This document shows positions 1 through 8,314 of a stretch of 64,000 nucleotides of DNA, one piece after another. The notes below the pieces were generated by a model. It did not search any database. It was not told where the DNA came from and saw only the letters and a program-made list of their open reading frames with translations. The number at the start of each line of letters is the position of its first letter. Positions within the stretch are counted from its first letter, which is position 1. The translations under genes were made by a program, and so were the position numbers. Location: assembly GCA_963705725.1 (NCBI GenBank), contig CAVPKM010000009.1, positions 32,001 through 96,000 of the forward strand, written 5' to 3'. This DNA is from an uncultured Gammaproteobacteria bacterium. GTDB lineage: Bacteria > Pseudomonadota > Gammaproteobacteria > UBA6002.

Positions 1-1
1 G

Positions 2-1147
2 ACCGCTTCTTGCGAATCCAAAATAACTTTTATCGATGGCGATGAAGGCATTTTACTTTATCGCGGCTACCCCATTGAACAGTTAGCTGAAAAATGCAAC
101 TACATGGAAATTTGCTACTTACTGCTTAACGGCGAATTACCTGATAAAGAAGAAAAAAAAGAATTTGAAGATACGATTAGTTATCATGCTATGGTACACG
201 AACAGCTTTACAATTTTTTAAACGGCTTTCGCCGTGATGCCCATCCAATGGCAATTATGCTAGGAGTAGTTGGGGCGCTTTCTGCTTTTTACCATGATTC
301 TCTAGATATTAATAATGCCGAACATCGCGTCATTTCTGCCTATCGAATTATTTCTAAAATGCCGACCATTGCTGCCATGTGTTATAAATATTCAATTGGC
401 CAGCCTTATATGTATTCACAAAATAGCATGAATTATTCTGAAAACTTTTTACATATGATGTTTGGCACCCCCTCTCAGCCATTTGAATCTAGCTCTATCT
501 TGTCTAAGGCAATGGACAGAATTATGATTTTACATGCTGATCATGAGCAAAATGCTTCTACTTCAACAGTTAGATTAGCCGGTTCAACTGGAGCCAATCC
601 TTTTGCTTGTATCTCAGCTGGAATTGCAGCGCTATGGGGCCCAGCGCATGGAGGGGCAAATGAAGCTGCGCTTAATATGCTACATGAGATCGGCAATGAG
701 TCTCGTATTGGTGAGTACATTAAAAAAGCAAAAGACAAAGATGATCCATTCCGTTTAATGGGTTTTGGCCATCGAGTTTATAAAAACTATGACCCACGAG
801 CTAAGGTCATGCGAGAAACTTGTCATGAAGTGCTGGAAGCTGTTGCTGGTCATGATAATCCCATTTTCAAACTTGCGCTTAAATTAGAAAAAATTGCGCT
901 TGAAGACGATTATTTTGTAGAAAGAAAACTCTACCCAAACGTCGATTTTTACTCAGGCATTACCTTGAGCGCACTGGGCATCCCCACCAATATGTTCACG
1001 GTTATTTTTGCTATAGCAAGAACCGTCGGCTGGATTTCCAATTGGAATGAAATGATTAGCGATCCTAAAAGAAGATTAGGCAGACCAAGACAGCTTTATA
1101 CTGGCCCAACAAGACGAAATGTAAAGGACATTAACGAGCGAAGCTAA
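2..1147 (+). CDS. gltA: Citrate synthase (5' end outside window)
   Basis: Frame open from base 2 ([24 protein letters not shown]); motifs [39 protein letters not shown]. Confidence 0.98.
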   Translation, partial: TASCESKITFIDGDEGILLYRGYPIEQLAEKCNYMEICYLLLNGELPDKEEKKEFEDTISYHAMVHEQLYNFLNGFRRDAHPMAIMLGVVGALSAFYHDSLDINNAEHRVISAYRIISKMPTIAAMCYKYSIGQPYMYSQNSMNYSENFLHMMFGTPSQPFESSSILSKAMDRIMILHADHEQNASTSTVRLAGSTGANPFACISAGIAALWGPAHGGANEAALNMLHEIGNESRIGEYIKKAKDKDDPFRLMGFGHRVYKNYDPRAKVMRETCHEVLEAVAGHDNPIFKLALKLEKIALEDDYFVERKLYPNVDFYSGITLSALGIPTNMFTVIFAIARTVGWISNWNEMISDPKRRLGRPRQLYTGPTRRNVKDINERS

Positions 1148-1150
1148 AAA

Positions 1151-2884
1151 TTACATAACCAGACAGCTACCATCTTTTTTGTGAGAATTTTGAGGAATAT
1201 CGTCTTGATTTTCTTCATCGCTAGAGTTTCCACTGAATTCCTCACCAGAAGGATAGTAGACTTCTACAATTTCTCCCCGCTTGCGAAACTTGAAAAAATT
1301 TCCTAGCGCTGCTTTTTTAGAGTCATTTGCCGATCTGTTGCCAGATAGGGAATTGAGTATTGCAGGGTGATTGAACAGCTGAACGTAGAAAGGCAAATTT
1401 TGGATATTACTCATTTGAGTCGCTGAAAGGCTACCTATTAGCGCCTTGAAAGAATTAGAATCTTTATGTTCAAGATTTATCAAGGCATCCACATCCTGCA
1501 TTAACATGGCAAGATAAAAATCAAAAACGATTTCTTCTTGGTCTCCTTTGAATTCAAACAGCAGTGAAATAATAGCGCCTAGCTTTTCTTCATCATTTTC
1601 TGATTTTTGCAACATACAGCTTAAGCCTTCTCGAAAAAGAATTGCGGCTGTAGTATATTTATTTTCATCATCCAAACGCTGTATCCCACATGACTGCACC
1701 ATTGTGCAAAGAAATAACGGATCTTCAATATAGGCGAATGCAATTTTTTCTAAAATTCGATCCCTTATTGTTTCTTCTTGAAGTACAAGTTCCACTAGCC
1801 CTAAAGCATTCGCACGTTCTAAAATTTTTGCAATGATATCTCCCTCTCCCGCTTCCCATATCGATACGATGAATTTATGCGAAGCACCGATTGAAATTAG
1901 TTCAGTATCTTCTGCTCCATCGAGCGCCAAGCTAAATAATCTAGAGGCCTCAGCGTCACTCTGTAATTCATTCAATAAATCAAAAAATTCTATATTGTTT
2001 GCCTGACAAGCACGTTTCACATAGTCTTCAGCTGCATTTATACCGCTTAACCAATCTGTCACATATTGCTTAATATTTTTGCAATTGAAAATAATACGAT
2101 TTGAATCATTTTCAAATCCCAAATAATGAAAACCAGAATCTTGTTGATACTCATTAACTAAAGCTAGATCGCTTGTCATTCTTTCTTGTGTAGCTTTTAT
2201 TTGAGCTACATTTTTCCTTCTTAACGCTTCGTCCTCTAATAATTGAATTACTTGAACATTTCCTATATTTTTTGCTCGACTCAATAAATTAGAAGAGCTT
2301 CTAGCACCGTACGCTAATAATAATTTAACTAACTGAGAATTTTTCTGACAAACTGCATAGGTGAGAGGAGAATCTGTTCCAACCGCATAGGGTTTTAATG
2401 AAGCGCCCGCATCTAGCAGAATCTTTATTCCTTCTAGATCCCCATCAGCTCGAGCAGCATGTTGCAATATTGACATACCGTCATATGGCTTATTCATATA
2501 ATATTCTAGATGGGGTTTAAATTTATCCAGCAAAGTCTCATCTTTTCTACAAATAGCCCGACATAATTCATATAATAGAATTGCTTGACGACTACACTCA
2601 GTCAAAACCAATGGCTTCTGATTCTGATCATTTAAATCAATCAAATGCAGTGTTAAAAATCTTGTTCGAGCATCAGATTCGCTATTTTCTACTGTCATGT
2701 TGTTTTGATCCAATGCCCCACGCACCCGAGGATTCTTATAATAATCATCGAAATCAAAATAAACTTTTCCCCCTCGCTTCACAATATATCTAGGTATACG
2801 CATATATCGACCGGTAACTGAGCAACGTGGTAGTTGAGAGATTGCCTCTTGAATATAGCCCTGCTCGAACCCTTCTATTGTCAT
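1151..2884 (-). CDS. Ankyrin-repeat effector-like protein with U-box-like N-terminus and C-terminal CaaX (SCLVM)
   Basis: ANK motifs (SILQHAA...ILLDAGA; SPLTYAV...LLLAYGA); ends KKDGSCLVM*; paralog of 5197-7248; ATG at 2884 preceded by AGAGAGG. Confidence 0.8.
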   Translation of the reverse strand: MTIEGFEQGYIQEAISQLPRCSVTGRYMRIPRYIVKRGGKVYFDFDDYYKNPRVRGALDQNNMTVENSESDARTRFLTLHLIDLNDQNQKPLVLTECSRQAILLYELCRAICRKDETLLDKFKPHLEYYMNKPYDGMSILQHAARADGDLEGIKILLDAGASLKPYAVGTDSPLTYAVCQKNSQLVKLLLAYGARSSSNLLSRAKNIGNVQVIQLLEDEALRRKNVAQIKATQERMTSDLALVNEYQQDSGFHYLGFENDSNRIIFNCKNIKQYVTDWLSGINAAEDYVKRACQANNIEFFDLLNELQSDAEASRLFSLALDGAEDTELISIGASHKFIVSIWEAGEGDIIAKILERANALGLVELVLQEETIRDRILEKIAFAYIEDPLFLCTMVQSCGIQRLDDENKYTTAAILFREGLSCMLQKSENDEEKLGAIISLLFEFKGDQEEIVFDFYLAMLMQDVDALINLEHKDSNSFKALIGSLSATQMSNIQNLPFYVQLFNHPAILNSLSGNRSANDSKKAALGNFFKFRKRGEIVEVYYPSGEEFSGNSSDEENQDDIPQNSHKKDGSCLVM

Positions 2885-2932
2885 CAAGTAACCTCTCTAG
2901 AAAATTATTATGAGCCTACATATTCGCATTCT

Positions 2933-2952
2933 TATATTAAGTTAATATTATT
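2933..2952 (-). promoter_or_regulatory. PmrA-box-like direct repeat
   Basis: Minus strand AATAATATT-AA-CTTAATATA versus Legionella/Coxiella PmrA consensus cTTAATatT-N2-cTTAATatT; 49 bp upstream of ATG 2884. Confidence 0.55.
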
Positions 2953-3123
2953 TAACTAAAATATTGCTAAAATTTTCTAAGAGAATGTTTGACTGTGACA
3001 TGACCCATTATTTGGGCTATAAAAAGCACGCAATAGAAGGACGTAACAGTGGAAATTCCAGGAATGGAAAAACGAGTAAGATAGTTACCTATAGATTTTA
3101 AAAAAACATGTAATACTTAGTTT

Positions 3124-3318
3124 ATGAAAATACTATCTCAAACAAATCCTTATTTAAAAAACAAGGAAACCGCAAAATTTCTAAATGCCCGTTCGACAAG
3201 GACTTCTTGTGGGGTAGAGGGTATACTGCCTAATAGCTAAGTTATATTTATTTGTATTGATGAACGTCAGTCCATGGCTGTATTTTCCAAAATAAAAAAT
3301 CGATTAGATAAGACTTAA
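3124..3318 (+). pseudogene. Small putative Fic-antitoxin-like gene with probable premature stop at 3238-3240
   Basis: Translates MKILSQTNPYLKNKETAKFLNARSTRTSCGVEGILPNS*, then the frame stays open to 3318; SCGVEG fits the (S/T)xxxE(G/N) Fic-inhibitory motif. Confidence 0.45.
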
Positions 3319-3382
3319 GACACACTTTCATCTTCCGGCACCGAATATCTATTTATTTTTTCCATCCTATCCACCTTCTCAT

Positions 3383-3934
3383 TTAAGGGCGCACTTGACC
3401 TTTACCACGCACGATGTATTTAAATGTGGTAAGTTGTTCAATACCAATTGGGCCTCGCGCATGCAATTTCCCTGTTGCAATGCCTATTTCAGCACCCATT
3501 CCAAACTCACCGCCATCAGCAAATTGCGTAGAAGCATTATGCATGACAATAGCGCTATCCACTTCCTGAAAAAATTTTTCTGCGGCTGAATTATCTTCGG
3601 TGATAATTGCATCCGTGTGTTGAGTGCCATGTACAGCAATATGCTCAATCGCTTCAGAGATATCTTTGACTATTTTTACAGCAATAATTGCATCCAGAAA
3701 TTCCTTATTAAAGTCTTCTTCTGTTGCTAGCTTTATTTTTGGATTTAATAGACATACTTCATGCTCTCCTCTTATTTCACAGGCAGCTTGAATTAAAGCG
3801 TTTAAGACCAGCGGCAATTTTGTTTGAATAATTTCTTTATCAACTAGTAAAATTTCGGTAGCACCACAAATGCCTGTACGACGCATTTTGGCATTCAAAA
3901 CCACTTTTTTTGCCATTTCCACGTCGGCAGTATG
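3383..3934 (-). pseudogene. proA: Gamma-glutamyl phosphate reductase, C-terminal ~180 aa only
   Basis: [44 protein letters not shown]; similarity ends at about HTADVEMA and the N-terminal half is absent. Confidence 0.9.
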
Positions 3935-4350
3935 ACGTAAGAGCGTAGATTTCTTAAAAAGGCAGTTGCCAACGCTTATAACTCATTATTATGTGTTTCG
4001 ATCCAAAAACACATGCAGCATCAACGACGACGACAGGGGATTTTAGCAGTTTTGGCAGCATTTTCATCTGAATTTTCACGACCAACCTGGAAAAATACTC
4101 AGGTTTTATTAATTGGAACCATATTGTGTCGTGGTCTAAGGTGCGGAAAAAAATCCAATGATGCTGCAGGGACGTCGCCATAAAACTAGACAAAATAAGA
4201 AAAAGTTGATGGACTTGACTCAAGTAGCGAACATTACCTCTTGTTACTCAATCAACTGCCTGTAGATGCCGCACGTGTTCGCTACATGGATAATTAAGCC
4301 TATGGACGAAATATGAAAATAAAAACCATTTTCTTAGCGAATCTCGAAAT

Positions 4351-4383
4351 TCTGCACGATTCTGCACGATTCTGCACGATTCT
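4351..4383. repeat. Tandem repeat (TCTGCACGAT)x3
   Basis: Three perfect 10-mers plus TCT, directly visible. Confidence 0.95.
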
Positions 4384-5047
4384 CACCGTTTGATCTTCCA
4401 TAATGCTGCACGACCTTTTCCTATTTGTTCAACCATAAATAATTTTTTCAGTACTGCTAAATCTGCCTTAATGGTTCGCAAACTAGCAACATCATTTAGC
4501 TGATCAAATATCTCATTAACACTCATTGACTGCCTGCTAGCTAAAATTATTAAAATTTTCTCTTGTCTTATATTCAAGACAATTTTTTCATGATAATCTC
4601 TTTCCCGTATGCTACTCATTGCTTCTTTGAAACGAAAAATAACTGAAAAACCACCTGAATATTCTTGAAACTCTGGATCAGGAGTACCATTTATTTGACA
4701 ATATTTGATCATACGAGTGGTTCCAGTCCCCCACCCCTCAACCCAACCACGTTTATAAAAAATAGTCGCTATTTCTTCATTTCTTGGATATGACTGATGT
4801 TGTTTTCTCAAATCTTCAATTTTTAATTGCGGAGGCAATGTCCCATTATTCCACAACTCCAATCTATCATCATAAATTGCAAGCAGTTGGCGCTATTGTT
4901 AACTCCAATTAAGACAACGCCACCTTTAGCATTCAAAAAAGCACAGCTTGACTGACATGCCTTACGCAACTCGCTAGTCGATGCCTTAAACTCAACCGAT
5001 GTAGATTCTCCTGATTGAACTAAAATTTTAACTTGAGCCAAATCCAT
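4383..5047 (-). pseudogene. AlbA_2 (Schlafen-like)/RecG-like C-terminal ATP-binding/HTH protein with internal deletion and frameshift
   Basis: N-part GESTSVEFKAS...CAFLNAKGGVVLIGV joins out of frame near 4885 to LAIYDDRLELWNNG...RNEEIATIF...EGWGTG and a C-terminal wHTH. Confidence 0.8.
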
Positions 5048-5164
5048 TAATTGCTCACCTTATGTTATTTAATCACTAGCTTAAGCATGAGCTTTGGCAA
5101 GTAATTTGTTGTTCATACACTAATTATAATAATTTTAGGAATTGAGATAAATTCAATTATATAC

Positions 5165-5184
5165 CATCCCGTTTTGGCGGGATG
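5165..5184. terminator. Hairpin, possible terminator downstream of the ankyrin gene
   Basis: CATCCCG-ttttgg-CGGGATG just after the stop of 5197-7248; U-tract weak. Confidence 0.4.
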
Positions 5185-5196
5185 ATATATTATTTT

Positions 5197-7248
5197 TTAC
5201 ATAACCAAACAGGATTCTTTGGTATTTTGTTTCTCTTCCTCTTTTATCGTATCGTTGTTTTGCTCAGGGTTATTAACAATATTCCATTCAGTCATGCTTT
5301 CACCCGCTGAGTTCTGGTCGGATTGCATCTGCACTTTATTTATTATTAGCGGCTTAGGTTTCGTTACTTTTTTACTAAAGAAAGAAAACTCTGCCTTTCC
5401 TTGCTCTTCTTGATCTTTTGCAAATAATTCTGTCAAAGAGTAAGTTGACCAAGCCAATTCTTCATTAGGATCGTTATAGTCAACCTCAGTTTTTTTAGTG
5501 GAAAGTCTTTTAACTTCAGGCTGTGCCATCAATTCAACATAAAAAGACTTGTCTTGAATTAAATTCATTTGTTGGGAAGACATTCCTCCTAGCAATGCGA
5601 TAAAGGAAGTAGGGTTTTTTCCGGCAAGCTCTATTAAGGTATTGACATCTTGCATTAACAAAGCGGTATAAAAATCGAAAATGATTTCTTCTTTACCTGC
5701 TGTACTATTGGATTGTGGCCATTGATCTTTGAGCTCGAATAGTAGGGATATAATCGTGACAAAGGCTTCTTCTCCATTTTCACAGTGTAAACCCGACTGA
5801 AAAAGCGTTTCCGCTATCACCTGTTTATTTTCTTCACCTAACCTCACTATGCCAGATGATTGCACAAGCTTACAAAGCAACAAGGGATCTTCCAGATAAA
5901 CCAAGGCACCTGTTTCAAAAATCCGATTCACCACGACATTCTCTTCCAGGATGTCTGCCAGTCCTAAACCGTTCGCACGTTCTAATAATTTTGCGATGGC
6001 GCTGGAGTCATCTGCTGACCAGATTAATCCAACAAAATGATGTAAAGCACCCGTGAGAAGCACTGAAGGATCTTCTGCTCCCTCAAGGATGAGCGCAAAT
6101 AGTTGACTGGCTTCGGCTTCCGGTAGTGCATTTAATAAATCGAAAAATTGAATATTATTTTCCTGGCAAACGCGTCTCACATAGCCTTCAGCCGCAGGAA
6201 TACCGCTTAACCAATCAGTAACATATTGTCTTGCATCTTCGGGATTAAAAACAATACGATTAGGATCTTCTTCCAGCCCTAAGTAATGAAAAGCGCGATC
6301 TTTTTGATATCCTGCAATAAATGCTTGCTTTTCTTTATCTCGTTTTAATTTTTCCGCTTTTAACAGCTTATAAGAAGGACGATGCCAATGCCATGTTTGA
6401 CCATGCCAACCATCGGTCATTTTCAAAATTGATCGATTTAATCGATATTTATCTAAAACTGTTCTCCCTTCTTTATTCTTTATATCAATATCCGCACCTC
6501 GTTCGAGTAATAACCTGATGATCTTTTCGGAAACCTCTTGCTGTACGGGCAACTTGTGTAAGACAGTCTCACCTTGAAAATCTATTGCATTTACCTTCGC
6601 GCCATGGTCTAAAAGTAATTGAGTTATTTCATAATCACCAACTCTTACTGCTACCGGCAATTCTCGAGAGCATTCCGCTCCATACTGAAGTAATAATTTG
6701 ACTAATTTATAATTTCGCTTCTTAACCGCATACCGCAGGGCAGAAGGCTCTGTAGTGAGATATGGCTCTAACGAAACTCCTGCCTTTAATAAAAGCTCTA
6801 TTGTTTCTAGATCGGCAACTTTGACAGCATGTTCCAAAATTGTCTTATCTCCATAAGACTTAGTAACATAATGTGCTAAAAAGGGTTTAAATTTATCAAA
6901 TTGCAACCTCTCCTTTTTGAGGATAACGTTTAAAAATTCGATTAACATGAATGTTGCGCGACCTGATTCAGACAAAACAAGTGGTTTTTGCGTCTTGAAA
7001 TCAATTAATAGATCTGCTAAATTTGCCGATCTTGAATCACAAGTTAACTCTGCAGCTGAAACATAAAGAGAGAAACTCATATTCGCTTTGTTTAATGCGC
7101 TTCGCATGGGAACTAATTCATAATAAACTCTCTCTCCATCTTTAATAGCATAATAAGGTTCTTCCATATATCGACCATTAACTGAAGAGCGGGGTAACCC
7201 AGCGATTCTTTCTTCAATATAATTCAATTCAAATTCTTCAATTGTCAT
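5197..7248 (-). CDS. Ankyrin-repeat effector-like protein with U-box-like N-terminus and C-terminal CaaX (SCLVM)
   Basis: Several ANK repeats (GETVLHK...LLLERGADIDIKNKEGRTVLD); ends KESCLVM*; start set at MTIEEF by alignment with the paralog. Confidence 0.8.
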   Translation of the reverse strand: MTIEEFELNYIEERIAGLPRSSVNGRYMEEPYYAIKDGERVYYELVPMRSALNKANMSFSLYVSAAELTCDSRSANLADLLIDFKTQKPLVLSESGRATFMLIEFLNVILKKERLQFDKFKPFLAHYVTKSYGDKTILEHAVKVADLETIELLLKAGVSLEPYLTTEPSALRYAVKKRNYKLVKLLLQYGAECSRELPVAVRVGDYEITQLLLDHGAKVNAIDFQGETVLHKLPVQQEVSEKIIRLLLERGADIDIKNKEGRTVLDKYRLNRSILKMTDGWHGQTWHWHRPSYKLLKAEKLKRDKEKQAFIAGYQKDRAFHYLGLEEDPNRIVFNPEDARQYVTDWLSGIPAAEGYVRRVCQENNIQFFDLLNALPEAEASQLFALILEGAEDPSVLLTGALHHFVGLIWSADDSSAIAKLLERANGLGLADILEENVVVNRIFETGALVYLEDPLLLCKLVQSSGIVRLGEENKQVIAETLFQSGLHCENGEEAFVTIISLLFELKDQWPQSNSTAGKEEIIFDFYTALLMQDVNTLIELAGKNPTSFIALLGGMSSQQMNLIQDKSFYVELMAQPEVKRLSTKKTEVDYNDPNEELAWSTYSLTELFAKDQEEQGKAEFSFFSKKVTKPKPLIINKVQMQSDQNSAGESMTEWNIVNNPEQNNDTIKEEEKQNTKESCLVM

Positions 7249-7293
7249 ATCTAGCACTCTTATAAATTTTATAAAGCAATAGCTTGTCATATT

Positions 7294-7313
7294 TATATTA
7301 AACTAATATTAAT
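7294..7313 (-). promoter_or_regulatory. PmrA-box-like direct repeat
   Basis: Minus strand ATTAATATT-AG-TTTAATATA; 46 bp upstream of ATG 7248. Confidence 0.6.
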
Positions 7314-7450
7314 TGATGAATATCAAATAGCAGAAATGAAATAGCCGTTAGATTGCGTAATATTACGCCTAGACGATCTATTTATCAGACACTACACTTA
7401 ATATTTTATAGTCATAGATAAATACTTAAATTAAGTAGGAGTGAATACCA

Positions 7451-8223
7451 ATGAATAAGCCCAATCGAATTTTTGTTGTTGGTCACCCTGGTGCTGGTAA
7501 GATGATTTTTTCCAAAGCCTTTGCAGATAAAATTCAATGGAATTTTATCGATGCGGATATAGGTTAGAGTATCGAATTGGAAAACCGCTTTCTGAAATCC
7601 TAGGGATTGAAGGGTCCAGCGTTTTCCAGACATGTCAACAGAGCATACTACAGTTACTAATTAAACAAAATAATGTGGTGATATCAACGGATGTAAGCCT
7701 AATTTGTGATGAAAAAAATCGAGAAGTGTTAAAAAATGAATTTGTCATTTTTTTAAAAACCAGCACTTCGACACAAATAGAACGAATAGCACGCAACCCA
7801 ATGCCGCTCCTACCTACCGATCTCACTCAACTTTTTAATTATTTACATGAAAATAGAGAACACCACTTTGAGTCATTATCCAATTTGATTATAGATGGCA
7901 ATGACAGCAACATAGATAACCTTATCTCGACAGCAATATTAAAGACATTTGGTGAAAATATGGCTACTGCGCCTTCAAGCAAAATTTCACTCGATCGGAA
8001 AGATATGGTGTTATTTCATAAATTGTTAGGGACTGCTGTTTATCTTCCTCATCAGCAGGCAATTTGTTTGAAGTTACTCGCTCAAGGCAAATCATCGAAA
8101 GAAATTGCCAGCTTGATGAATATTTCACATCGAACTATGGAAGGCTATATTGCCAAAACCATTGATGAATTAGGATGCCTATCCAGCAAGGAACTCATTG
8201 CCCTATATCATGAACAACCATAA
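7451..8223 (+). pseudogene. Shikimate-kinase-like P-loop domain fused to LuxR-type HTH; 1-nt frameshift near 7564
   Basis: RBS TAGGAG; MNKPNRIFVVGHPGAGK...FIDADIG then GGTTAGAG (one T short of GGT TTA GAG); second frame has LEYRIG and C-terminal LKLLAQGKSSKEIASLMNISHRTMEGY. Confidence 0.8.
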
Positions 8224-8314
8224 ACAGACTCTTACCCTGTGAGCAGTTGCAGTAGATGATTTTGAAATAAGACTGCGCTCACTTCATCAAAATTGTAAAA
8301 ATCATCGCAAGTAT

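Noticed and set aside
3043-3088. GTAAC...ATAGTTAC segment resembling MITE termini
   Set aside because: No flanking direct repeat and no internal similarity to the family.
3954-4223. 89-aa minus-strand ORF as the missing proA N-terminus or a real gene
   Set aside because: No ProA-like motifs and it lies in a decayed region.
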